A stretch of DNA of 64,000 bases, from positions 34,533 through 98,532 of IMG/VR virus record IMGVR_UViG_3300023109_002988. One strand, 5' to 3'. The position numbers were made by a program, and so were the translations under genes. Source of the DNA: a virus. Positions 39,682 to 50,300 of the stretch are shown piece after piece. Positions within the stretch are counted from its first letter, which is position 1; each line of letters begins with the position of its first letter. Below the pieces are notes generated by a model. That model searched no databases. It was not told the DNA's origin and saw only the letters and a list, made by a program, of their open reading frames with translations.

Positions 39682-40755
39682 ATGATACCTAAAGAATTTT
39701 ACAATAACGGCCTTTTCTGTTCTGAGATAGAGGGCAAGATAACAGATGAAAGTAATCTTTTTTATGGTGTGGCATTAAAACTTTTCGAGAAAGAAAAAAT
39801 CGAAGATGATATACTGGACATAAGGCCCAACATACACAACTTGGACTTTGACTCTTTTGATATTTTAACAAAAAACTCCTGTTATACCGCTAATGTTTCT
39901 TTTGATGATGAAAGTTTTCTACTAAACAATGAATCTGAATTTTTAAAAAACAACTCTCATGATATGCTTCCTGAATATGTTGGTTGTGGTAAATTGAAAG
40001 TAGGTGAGAACTTAGGTTATTTAATTTTCAAAAGCGACAAAGGAGTTTCTTTATATGATGTTGGCTCATCATTTGTTTTTTTATCAAGGTTTAGATTTCT
40101 TCAGTGTTTAAATATTTTAAAAACATTTAAAAGCAATATATCATTTGTTGATCACGCCGATTTTATATTTAAACATTTTGATATAGCCTCTTCTATACCT
40201 CAGATAGCTGAAAGCAGCATATACAAAATACATAAAAAAGACCAAATACAAAAAATAACAGAGCCAATTAGAGAATATTTCTATTCATCTTTAGATCTAA
40301 ATATTCTTAATGGTGACGATTTTTGTCATGGCAACTTAAATATTGACAACATCTCTACAAATGGAGATCTTTTTAAATTTCATGATTTTCACTGTGGGTT
40401 TTCTGGAAATGGTTTTCTTGATTTGTGTTTTATGTCTTTGAATTTTTCATATGACAACTATATGTTTACTTGTTTGATTAAGGATTATTGTGAAATTAAT
40501 GGTTTAGACTATAATAATTCCAAACCAATTTTTAGATCATGTTTACTTGCAGCGTCCTGTGTCTTTATGTACAAAAGATTTAACGAACTAATTATAGAAC
40601 AGTGTCTTTTCGAAAACAAAAGGGAAGATAAGGTGACCTCCATATTGTATTCCCTTGATAATGCTCAATGGTGCTTCAAGAGGCTACCGTTTTATGAGTC
40701 TATAAAGAGAGATTTCCAAAAGATATATCAAAGCCCTTCAATGATTTTGGATTAA
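39682..40755 (+). CDS. APH/choline-kinase-like protein with non-canonical catalytic loop
   Basis: FCHGNLNIDNI..KFHDF..G..FLDL; HGDL appears as HGNL. Confidence 0.6.
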   Translation: MIPKEFYNNGLFCSEIEGKITDESNLFYGVALKLFEKEKIEDDILDIRPNIHNLDFDSFDILTKNSCYTANVSFDDESFLLNNESEFLKNNSHDMLPEYVGCGKLKVGENLGYLIFKSDKGVSLYDVGSSFVFLSRFRFLQCLNILKTFKSNISFVDHADFIFKHFDIASSIPQIAESSIYKIHKKDQIQKITEPIREYFYSSLDLNILNGDDFCHGNLNIDNISTNGDLFKFHDFHCGFSGNGFLDLCFMSLNFSYDNYMFTCLIKDYCEINGLDYNNSKPIFRSCLLAASCVFMYKRFNELIIEQCLFENKREDKVTSILYSLDNAQWCFKRLPFYESIKRDFQKIYQSPSMILD

Positions 40756-40809
40756 ACAAATAATTAGAAAAACAAGTTCTCGATCTTACTATAATCTAAA
40801 CATAATAGC

Positions 40810-41268
40810 ATGCAATTTTACAAACCAAACTCTCAAAACACGGGTACTGCATTCGGATTTAGGATTGGCACTCAAGGCAAGACAGAAAAACCTTGTCTTT
40901 ACATGACTGCAGTTAAACAATTCTCTTGGGATGCCAAGAAGAGGAGCGGATCATTTTCTGGTAACGCCAAAAATCCAGATAAGTGTGCCATCGTTAAGTT
41001 TAATGAGTTTGAAATAGGTGGTTTTATATACGCAATAGAAAACTACGATAAATTTAGCGCCTTTCATAGCTTCGATGATAACAAGACGGGTATATCGTTG
41101 AACCCTTACTCTAAGAAAGATGGCACCAAAGCCTACTCTTTCACCGTGACAAGAAACTCTTCCAATAAATTCGGCATGGGTATTGAAATGTCAGAGGCTT
41201 ATGCACTATGCCAATACTTCAAGTACGTTCTAAACGAAACTTTTAAGTTTAATCCTATCTCAAAATAA
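40810..41268 (+). CDS. Hypothetical protein, possible Whirly/PC4-like ssDNA-binding fold
   Basis: FYKPN start with a duplicated beta4-helix pattern; fold inferred only. Confidence 0.4.
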   Translation: MQFYKPNSQNTGTAFGFRIGTQGKTEKPCLYMTAVKQFSWDAKKRSGSFSGNAKNPDKCAIVKFNEFEIGGFIYAIENYDKFSAFHSFDDNKTGISLNPYSKKDGTKAYSFTVTRNSSNKFGMGIEMSEAYALCQYFKYVLNETFKFNPISK

Positions 41269-43127
41269 TGAAAAAAAAGAAAACTATATTGATACATTCA
41301 AACTTTTGCAAAGCCTTCACAGGTTTTGGCAAAAACAGTAAAAACATTTTAAAGTATCTTTATAAGACTGGTAAATATAACATTGTAGAAGCTGCCAATA
41401 TGAAAAAGGTGGGAGATCCCGCCCTAAAAAAACTACCATGGAAATGCTTTGGAACTATTCCTAATAATGTAGAATCTCTTCCTGAAGCAAATAAGCGTTC
41501 GGCTGGCTACGGGTCACTAGAGATAGACGATATAATTCAAGAAGTTAGACCAGACATTTATCTTGGCATCGAAGATATCTGGGCTTTTACAGATTACAAC
41601 AAAAAGCCTTGGTGGGGAAAGGTCACCCCGATGATCTGGACTACATTAGACAGTCTTCCAATACTACCTCAAGCTATTGATTTTGCCCCAAAGTTGGAGC
41701 ATTATTATGTATGGTCATCTTTTGCTGAAAAAGAATTTAAAAAACTCGGTTATGATAACGTGAAGACTCTTAGAGGTTCTCTTGACACTAGAACTTTTCA
41801 TAAGCTGAAAGACGAAGACAGGTCTAGACTTAGAAGTCAAAACAACATTAGTGATGATGACTTTATTATTGGTTTTGTCTTCAGGAACCAGTTGAGGAAA
41901 TCCGTACCAAACTTACTTGATGGGTTTAAACTTTTCAAAGAGAATCATAAAAATGCGAAATTACTTCTCCACACTCACTGGTCTGAGGGTTGGGATATTA
42001 CCAGACTAATTGAAGAAAAAAATATATTAAATGATGATATATTAACAACATATTATTGTCCTTCTTGTAGAAGCTATGAGGTTAGACCTTTTGCAGAAGG
42101 AAAGCAAAAATGCAAGTACTGTGATAAGCAAGAGTCAGAAACGACAAGTGTTTCAAAAGGTGTTTCTGAATCCCAGCTAAATGAAATTTACAACTTAATG
42201 GATGTTTATTGCCATCCATTTACAAGTGGCGGTCAAGAAATACCTATTCAAGAAGCCAAACTTACAGAACTTGTGACCTTGGTTACAGATTACTCTTGTG
42301 GGGAAGACAGCTGCTCTGAGGAGAGTGGTGGTTTACCTCTTAGTTGGCATGAATACAGAGAACCAGGTACTCAATTTATAAAAGCTTCTACGGATGCAGA
42401 CAGTATTAACCAAATGCTAAACACTGTTTATGATATGCCTGAGGAAGAAAAAGATAACCTACAAAAGAAATCTAGACAGTGGGTTATCGATAATTTTTCT
42501 ATTGAAGTTATAGGTAAAAAGTTAGAAGACATATTCGATTCTATTCCTTACTTAGATGAATCGGAAGATATAAAAAACTTTCAATACGATGAGTTCTATG
42601 AAATGCCAGAAGGTTTATCAAACAAAGAATTTATTATAGACTTATATAAAAACATATTAAACGACGATATTGACGAGAGAAACAAGGGTTACAAGATGTG
42701 GTATTCAAAGCTCATGTATGGTCAGGTAGACCAGAAAGGCTTGTACCACCACTTCATTAATGTTGCCAAAACTGAAAACTTGAAAAAACCAATTTCGTTT
42801 GAGGACATGCTGTCAAAAGACGACTTCGGTAAAAGAGTTGCAGTCGTAGCTCCAGGTTCCGCTACCGACTTATTACTTATAAACTCTTTGCTTAAAAATT
42901 TACAAAACAAGCATAAAGAACACAATATATATGTGTTTACTAAGCCTGAATTTTTTGATTATATAGAGGACAATACTTATGTTTACAAGTGCTTGCCTTA
43001 CTCTAGTGTTTTAGACAACCCAATTTCTCTTGAGGGTTTTGGGGAACACGAAGGCTTCTTCGAGGCTGCTTATTACCCGTGCTCTACAACTCAAAACATC
43101 CCCTGTTACATTCACAACGGAAAATAA
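41268..43127 (+). CDS. GT4-like glycosyltransferase with Zn-ribbon insert and C-terminal GT9-like N-lobe
   Basis: TGFG, FRNQLRK, CPSC..CKYC, LNEIYNLMDVY..GGQEIPIQEA; C-terminal GSATDLLLINSLLKNL. Confidence 0.75.
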   Translation: MKKKKTILIHSNFCKAFTGFGKNSKNILKYLYKTGKYNIVEAANMKKVGDPALKKLPWKCFGTIPNNVESLPEANKRSAGYGSLEIDDIIQEVRPDIYLGIEDIWAFTDYNKKPWWGKVTPMIWTTLDSLPILPQAIDFAPKLEHYYVWSSFAEKEFKKLGYDNVKTLRGSLDTRTFHKLKDEDRSRLRSQNNISDDDFIIGFVFRNQLRKSVPNLLDGFKLFKENHKNAKLLLHTHWSEGWDITRLIEEKNILNDDILTTYYCPSCRSYEVRPFAEGKQKCKYCDKQESETTSVSKGVSESQLNEIYNLMDVYCHPFTSGGQEIPIQEAKLTELVTLVTDYSCGEDSCSEESGGLPLSWHEYREPGTQFIKASTDADSINQMLNTVYDMPEEEKDNLQKKSRQWVIDNFSIEVIGKKLEDIFDSIPYLDESEDIKNFQYDEFYEMPEGLSNKEFIIDLYKNILNDDIDERNKGYKMWYSKLMYGQVDQKGLYHHFINVAKTENLKKPISFEDMLSKDDFGKRVAVVAPGSATDLLLINSLLKNLQNKHKEHNIYVFTKPEFFDYIEDNTYVYKCLPYSSVLDNPISLEGFGEHEGFFEAAYYPCSTTQNIPCYIHNGK

Positions 43128-43128
43128 A

Positions 43129-44289
43129 ATGCCGCATTTATTAAAAGAATATTCAAAAAATCTTGGCGTTGAGCCGAGTATGCCGATGGTCAATAAACAT
43201 TTTTATCCTATTGAGCCTGATAAGTATGTCGTTATATATAATGAAAAAGATATACAATCAAAGGATTACAATTATTATCAAATTGTTATTGGTTTAACAA
43301 AAAACATCCTACATTCAAATGGTTATAAAGTTGTAGTTATAGGATCTTCGAAGAGCTTAATAGAAGGTGCTGATTATTACTATCCAAATTTAAGTTTCAG
43401 GAAGTATTGCTACATAGTTTCTAAGGCTTCCGCTTTTATATCTATAGATAACGCACTGACTCAGTATGCTAGTTGTTGCAAGGTTCCAGTTGTCAATCTC
43501 TATGGTAATATATATCCTTCCATAACGACGCCATACTGGTCCAATAAGAAAAATAAAATAGACCTATCTCCAGATTGGGATAAAAAGCCATGCCTGTCAG
43601 TTATTGATCCTAAAGAATCAATCAACAAGATCAAGCCAGAAGATGTGGCTTCTTCTTTACTTAGTGTTTTGGGTTTCTCTAGTGAGGCGAAAGTAAGATT
43701 CAAAACAAAAAGAAGAAACAAAGCAAAGCATTTTCAGGTTGATGTAATTCCGACTCGGTATGTAAAACTACCTTTGTTTGATAGAAATCTTTTAAATATA
43801 AGACTTGATCAAGGTGAAATTAACGAAGAGGCTTTATTTCATTATTGTACAAATCACGCTTGCAATATAATTACAAAAGATTCGCTGCTAGAATTAAACT
43901 CTTTGCAAAAAATATCAGCCAATATCAAAACAATAATATTCAAAGTTACAGAAGTCCCAAGCAAAATACCCGAAGTTTATTTTGAGGTTCTTAAAAAACT
44001 AGATGTAGAGTTTATGTTTTTGGTTACAAATAAAGACATAGTGGACGAAATAAGATTGGAATATTTTGATCAAGATGTTGAATTTGTAGATCTTAATAAA
44101 GAAAAGCCTTCCGATTTATCTATTGATGACAAATTTATCTCCTTTAAAACTGTAATAGATGGAGATAAGTCTTACAAATCTTTAGCTCATTGGAAAAAAA
44201 AGATTGACTCCGATAATAATATAATAGATAATCTCTACTACTGGGAAGAACTAGATTACTTTTATATTTATGAGCAAGAAAACAACTAA
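43129..44289 (+). CDS. GT9 (heptosyltransferase)-like C-lobe protein
   Basis: KVVVIG..YIVSKASAFISIDNALTQYA..VPVVNLYG. Start refined to ATG 43129. Confidence 0.6.
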   Translation: MPHLLKEYSKNLGVEPSMPMVNKHFYPIEPDKYVVIYNEKDIQSKDYNYYQIVIGLTKNILHSNGYKVVVIGSSKSLIEGADYYYPNLSFRKYCYIVSKASAFISIDNALTQYASCCKVPVVNLYGNIYPSITTPYWSNKKNKIDLSPDWDKKPCLSVIDPKESINKIKPEDVASSLLSVLGFSSEAKVRFKTKRRNKAKHFQVDVIPTRYVKLPLFDRNLLNIRLDQGEINEEALFHYCTNHACNIITKDSLLELNSLQKISANIKTIIFKVTEVPSKIPEVYFEVLKKLDVEFMFLVTNKDIVDEIRLEYFDQDVEFVDLNKEKPSDLSIDDKFISFKTVIDGDKSYKSLAHWKKKIDSDNNIIDNLYYWEELDYFYIYEQENN

Positions 44290-45094
44290 GAGAAAAGCCG
44301 CAAAGAAAACAACAACGAAGACACAGCTAAAAGCCAAAAAGATTTTTGGTCCAGATGTTTACAAGAGAGATCAACATGGTCTTCTCGACTGTGTGGATTA
44401 CATTTTCAATGAGGATGGCTCTGTGAATTGGAGGGCTATGATTAAGCCAGAGTTTCTCTACCCCAACAAGGGTTGGTTTGATATGCGAGGGCAGCAAGTC
44501 CCAAGCTCTACAGAGGGTCTTAGAGACAATCAACTTTTAATTATGTTGGGGGGCATCAAAGACCTAGCTAGGTTAAGAGGTTTTCACACTGTAGGTTATG
44601 ATGTAAGAAACGTAGAAGACGGTTATGTTACCGCTCGTTGTGATATAGAGTGGATTGGTAATTATGAGTCTTCTAATAATAATGTCTGTTACGAAGATTA
44701 TGCCAACGCCTCTCTAGAAAACACGGATGCATTTTGCGAGAAGTTCTTAGAAACTATTGCTTGCAATAGAGCTTTTGTCCGTTGCGTTAGAAACTTCCTT
44801 AACATTCACATTGTAGGTGCAGATGAGATCGATAAGTCTGGCAATAGATCTTCTCAGGATCAAGGATCAACTCCTCCACAACCATCCAGCAATTCGCCTA
44901 TAACGCCTTCTGAGCTTCTTGAAAAGACTTTGAGGGACAAACATGGCGTAGACTCCTTTGAGTCGTTTAAGGACAAACTGAGAGACTTCTGGAAGGACGG
45001 CAAGTATGTTAACGAAGAGGTTAAAAACTGGAGCTCTTTCAATGATATCCCTGCAAAAGAGTCTAGGAAATTAATTGGAATACTATCAAAATGA
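44270..45094 (+). CDS. Rad52/Sak-like single-strand annealing protein (putative)
   Basis: GGIKDLA..VTARC..ANAS..LETIACNRAFVRCVRNFLNI..GADEI. Confidence 0.5.
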   Translation: MSKKTTKRKAAKKTTTKTQLKAKKIFGPDVYKRDQHGLLDCVDYIFNEDGSVNWRAMIKPEFLYPNKGWFDMRGQQVPSSTEGLRDNQLLIMLGGIKDLARLRGFHTVGYDVRNVEDGYVTARCDIEWIGNYESSNNNVCYEDYANASLENTDAFCEKFLETIACNRAFVRCVRNFLNIHIVGADEIDKSGNRSSQDQGSTPPQPSSNSPITPSELLEKTLRDKHGVDSFESFKDKLRDFWKDGKYVNEEVKNWSSFNDIPAKESRKLIGILSK

Positions 45095-45552
45095 TAGAAA
45101 GAATATTTACTGGTTCAAAATTCAAAGTTTTAGTTGACGATATCTTTGAATTGTTTGAAGAAGAAAATAAAAACGAGGCACACCAGTGTGGTCTTCTTCA
45201 TGATCAAGAATCCATAATTAGAAATCTTGGTCATGAGGCCCTGCTGGAGTGGGATGTATTTGTTTGGGGAAACAAAAACGAAAATGGTAAGTATGATGCC
45301 ATCGCTATTTTTATTAACGATAAAAACGTTAAATTTAATAAGTTTATTTTTTCTGAATTTGTTTGGCTTTCAAAAAACCCGAAGGTTGGTTATAGGCTGC
45401 TAAAAACAGCTATTGATTACGCTAGAGAGAGAGGTTTTGAATACGTATCTATTAGCAGTGTAGAGAAAACAAAAAAGTCGGAAAGAAACGAAAGGTTTTA
45501 TGAAAAGATAGGTTTTGTAAAAGACACAACAACATATATAGCTAAATTATGA
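45091..45552 (+). CDS. GNAT family acetyltransferase
   Basis: KVGYRLLKTAIDYARERGFEYV..ERFYEKIGF. Confidence 0.75.
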   Translation: MIERIFTGSKFKVLVDDIFELFEEENKNEAHQCGLLHDQESIIRNLGHEALLEWDVFVWGNKNENGKYDAIAIFINDKNVKFNKFIFSEFVWLSKNPKVGYRLLKTAIDYARERGFEYVSISSVEKTKKSERNERFYEKIGFVKDTTTYIAKL

Positions 45553-45713
45553 ACAAAAAAGTATCAAAAAGAATAAGAAAGATCATCAATCCACAAGATG
45601 AGGTGACAAGAAGGGTTTACAGGAGAGCTAAAAAGCAGTATAAAATGGTTCCTAAAAACCTTAAAGAAGATTTTCTTAAGTCTCTAGACCATATGATTAA
45701 TGGCGACTCTTAA
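45549..45713 (+). CDS. Small basic hypothetical protein (54 aa, not in ORF track)
   Basis: ATGA overlap; MNKKVSKRIRKIINPQDEVTRRVYRRAKKQY..; fills the gap up to the convergent gene. Confidence 0.6.
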   Translation: MNKKVSKRIRKIINPQDEVTRRVYRRAKKQYKMVPKNLKEDFLKSLDHMINGDS

Positions 45714-47387
45714 TTAAATTGAAGTTTTGTAATACTTGAAAATGTCAAATTCGTTTCCAGATGTATTGCACAGTAACATAATACCGCTGTCCGTATAAGA
45801 CAGTCCAAAGTCTACTGAATCATCTTCTGATTTATTATCTATTATTTTAAATAATGGGTATCCAAAGTTTCCAACTTCCTGTGAAGTTCCAGTTGGAACT
45901 ATAGTTATTTTTCTAGACTCTACAGAATAAAAATCTTCTTGTTTTCTGAATTCAAAAGTATAATCAAAAGTAGTATTTACCCACTTACCATACTCATCTA
46001 AAATCATAGAATTATATTCTGGTTCTCCTCCTAAATAAGAGTATTCTTCATATATAGGTTTCACTTGTTGTGGGTTGTCTTTATCTACAAAAATCTTATC
46101 TAATATTCCAGATTCATAGTATAACACAGAGTCTATATTTCTCTCTCTGTATTTAATAGACGCTGAAGATCCAGAGCTATTAATTTTAATTTCTGAAGAG
46201 GAAACTACGTTTTCTTCTGGCTCTATATATTTGTCCATAGTTAAAGGTCCTACTATAAACTCTTCACCTTTTCCTATAAGAGAATATGGTATGAATTTTA
46301 ACCATGTTTTTTGGTTGTATTCTAAACCAACTTCTTCAGTATAGTTTTCGTATACATCTTTTTGTTGTATATCGGTTATTTTTTTAACAAAGGAAAAACC
46401 TTCTAAATTTAAAGAATCACCTTTGTATTGATAAAGATCTATATGAGAGTATTCTGTATAATCAGTGTTGTTTAACAAATTAACCTCGACCTGTATCTCA
46501 TCTTCTGGTATTTGCCCAGTAAAATAAGGAAGTTTAATTATCCCGCTATTAACTACAGGTGGTTCTTTTATTCGATCCAGGATGTAGCCGCTACCCATAT
46601 CATCTGAATAAAATCCGAATGGGTTATTGACATCCTTTGATCCTGATGATATAAGGAATGAACCATTTGGGCTATAATCCATTATTAGAAGAGACCATGA
46701 ACCTTCGTTTTGAAATCCTGAAAATTGTGAGGAAAAATTATCATAGCTAGCATATTCATATAATTCTTTTTCATTAAATTCCCATGTTAACTGGCCCTCC
46801 CAAGGGTAATAAGATCCTTCGTGTAATACTTCTCCAGATGTTATATATCTAGATGCTGTTTCAATTCCATCGGACTTGTACATCTTTCCAGTATACAGAT
46901 AACCTGATGGTTGTAGATTGCCACTAAAAAACACACCAAGAGATTCATCATAATCCGTTGTGCCATTGCTATCAACGGTTTTTACGCCGCTTATCTCTAA
47001 GTTATTTGCATATAAGGATATATATCCAGAGGGACTGTAAACACTTGTTTCGTCTATTACTGTAGCTATAACTCCAAAATCTTTTTTGTAACTACCAAAA
47101 ATCAATTCATTAGCTCTTTCTGTAAATAACAGTTTATTGCTTTGTCCACTTTGAAAATTTTTCTCAACTATGTTGCCATTTTCATCGGTTATATCAAAAA
47201 TAATACCATCGCAAAAAGGGCTTTGTCTTACATTCTCTTTGTTGTATAGAATATCTCCATTTCTATCCCTTATTTTGAAAGTTACTTCAACATCTTTTTT
47301 TGTATGTATTCCGCTACCAGAGCCCAAGGTGGTTAAATCTTGAGAGTCGTAACCAAATATCGGCTGAAATTCTTTTATATCTTTCAT
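45714..47387 (-). CDS. Putative tail-associated structural protein, S/T-G rich
   Basis: Last gene of the tail-tip operon; acidic and beta-rich. Confidence 0.55.
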   Translation of the reverse strand: MKDIKEFQPIFGYDSQDLTTLGSGSGIHTKKDVEVTFKIRDRNGDILYNKENVRQSPFCDGIIFDITDENGNIVEKNFQSGQSNKLLFTERANELIFGSYKKDFGVIATVIDETSVYSPSGYISLYANNLEISGVKTVDSNGTTDYDESLGVFFSGNLQPSGYLYTGKMYKSDGIETASRYITSGEVLHEGSYYPWEGQLTWEFNEKELYEYASYDNFSSQFSGFQNEGSWSLLIMDYSPNGSFLISSGSKDVNNPFGFYSDDMGSGYILDRIKEPPVVNSGIIKLPYFTGQIPEDEIQVEVNLLNNTDYTEYSHIDLYQYKGDSLNLEGFSFVKKITDIQQKDVYENYTEEVGLEYNQKTWLKFIPYSLIGKGEEFIVGPLTMDKYIEPEENVVSSSEIKINSSGSSASIKYRERNIDSVLYYESGILDKIFVDKDNPQQVKPIYEEYSYLGGEPEYNSMILDEYGKWVNTTFDYTFEFRKQEDFYSVESRKITIVPTGTSQEVGNFGYPLFKIIDNKSEDDSVDFGLSYTDSGIMLLCNTSGNEFDIFKYYKTSI

Positions 47388-47391
47388 TAAA

Positions 47392-50300
47392 TTAATTTAT
47401 TATTATGCCATCTAAAACAGCGCCTTCTATTACGGTATCTTCTTGAAGAGAGTCTATATTTAGGTTTGTATAGTATATTGGTGAATCAAGATAATGAGTA
47501 TAATAATCATTATTATCGAATTCAGCTCCAAGAGCTTGTAGTGATAATCTATACTGACCATTAGCGGTTATCTCTTCGAAATCAAAAGAAGTTTCTTGCG
47601 TATCGTAGTATGTATAATCCAATTCAAATGCAGGTCTAATACCTAATCTATATCCTGTAGCATTTTTAACATTTCTCCAAGTTCCTTCTATGGTCACGGT
47701 TGTGTTGCCGCCTAGAACAGATATATTTCTGGCTGTCCACGTAACCCTATCTGGGGTGTTTAATGTAAAGTATTTAGATTGATCTACTTGGTAATCTTCT
47801 GAGTAAGGGTTTACATAAACACTTTGATCTGAAAAGTTTGTTTCTTCTATTTCTCTATACTTTCCGCTTTTGTATTGACTCGCTATAACCTCATATGAAT
47901 GAGAATCTTCTTCGTTAATTGTTGTGACCTTATAAACCCTATCTGATGTGTCTTTTCTTTTAAATCTATATATGGATCCTTTTGGAATCAATGGTGTAAA
48001 AATTGAGCTTTCATCGTTTTGGTCTACATATAAGGTATAACCAATGCTATCTTCATTAGCTGCTACTCCAGAAGCTATTTTTATATCTTTTATTTGTTTT
48101 GTTTCGTTGATTTTGATGTCATCATCTACTATAGCCCCTTGTGTTTCTCTAAGGTCTAGCCATTTATCGGAAAGATTAAAACTTTCTGCCGTGTTTCTTC
48201 CGTCTCCTACTGTAGTGAATCTATACCAATTATAATTTAGGTCGCTATTATCATAGTCTGCGAAGTCATCCGCCCACTCTCCGTTTGTTTCTCCACTGGT
48301 TGCTGATATATATTTGTCGTAAGTAGTGCTGTGTGTAAAAGCTTCTCCTGTAGAGAATACCCAGCCAGTGTATTGAGTAGAATACCATAAGAAGTGTTTT
48401 GTGCCGTTTTCCTCTCCAGTGTAAAACGGATATTCATCTCTTAATACTTTTGTATTTAAACCCTCAAGTTTTTTGTCTCTAAATCCTTCTTGGTATGAAT
48501 CAAATTCATAGTAACCATCTAATCTTTTGCCTTCAAAAGCAGACGGGGTGTTAAATAAAGTAAAGAAATCGTGTCTTGATCTATCTTGCAAAAGTATTTC
48601 TTCAATGTCTTCTATCTGTTGTGTTCCAGTTGGTATGTATACAGTAAGATAGCCCTCAAAATTATCATCATCATAAAAATCAGATATCCTTATTGAATTA
48701 TTTTCTTGGTTCACACCTAAAACTCTTCCAAAATTACTTGTTAGTGTTTTTAGCTCATCCTCAATAATTATCAAGTCGCCAGGTCTTACAAGTATTCCTT
48801 CTAGCCCCGTAGAAAATGAAACATTTTCGTTTTCTTGTGTCGCTTTATAAAGAAGGTGGCTTCCGAACCTCCTTGCTTGTGCTCTAGATGTAACGCCGAA
48901 AGCGTCTATTTTTGTTTTAATTATACCTCTTTCTCTTATATCTTGTTCGTTTTCTAGATACTCTACTTTTGGTTGGTAATCATCTTCTGCATCATTATAG
49001 CCCACTTCTAGAGCATTGTATTGTTCGTCTTTAAGAAGCGCTGAGTAATTAAATACTCCTTCGACCACATTCGTGTTGTTGAAAACCATTACTGGTTCTT
49101 TTATCCTATCATCAGAAAAAGAAACGACTGAATCCGTAAAATAAAACAGTCCTTTAAAGTTGCTGGCTACAAGGTTCAAGGCATCGAATACTTTTATATC
49201 TCTTTGAAATAAAGTGTTGCATGTGTATCTTGGTTGTCTCCCACCCTTTGCTGCATTTACTTGTACTATATTATCAGAAACCCCTTCGAAGTAACCATTT
49301 ACGTCAACTGCATCGCAAAATCTACCTATTTTATATAGTTGCCATTTGTTTATTTGATTCTGCTCTATTAAGTCTCCTAGACCTATTTGATAGTCAGTCA
49401 AAAGATCATAAAGTATCCATGCTGGATTGTCTGTCCATCCTAGTTTAAATGTACCATCCCAGTCTCCATCGTAAACTCTTGTTTGGTCTGATTTACCAGC
49501 ATTCTCAAGATCTTCAGCACTTAGCCAATATCTTTTGTCTGTACCTCCAGGGTTTAATGGCGTATAATTAGAAGGTATTTTCACCTTTTTCATCCTAACG
49601 TCATATGACCTTGATGGTATTTCTCCGAAAGTTCTTGAATCTAATTTTGTACCCACTAAAGCTGAAAAGGGGTAGTTCAAGGTTCTTGGTACGATCTCCG
49701 TAACCTTTGCAAGGTTTGCTGTTTTTTGAATTAGAGTCGAGTTAGATTCTGTAGATAGTTTAGTTACTTTTATATACCTTTCTCGGAAAATTTGCTCAAA
49801 TCCATATTTTTGACTTACTTGTGGGTCTGGCAACTCGAATGACTCAATAACAGATCCGCTGAATTCAGACTCGTTGCCATTTTTATCGTTGTATAATTGT
49901 TTTACATAACTTAATTGAGACTTATTATTAATATTGTCTGGGTTGCCAATATCTACAGCTGCTCCACCTTCGATCAAAGATAGGACCCTGAAAAAACGAT
50001 CATATGACTTCACAAATTGTCCCTTTGCACTTGAGTTTTGTGGCGCTATGTAACCAACCTCCACCCTAAAGTTTACAATTGTGGGCATCTTGGACCCGAC
50101 TATTTTACTTTTATCCCAACTTTTTTCATCTACATGAATAGTGTCCCATAATCCCTCTATATTCAAAGTTATATAACAGGATTCAACGTTTGGGTTGTAT
50201 ATAACGTGGGTGACTGGCTGTGCTTTTTCGTTATAGTCTTGTTTAAAGCTGTTCCAATCTGAAAAATTGAATGATCTAAATCCAAGGTGCTGTGGTGAAG

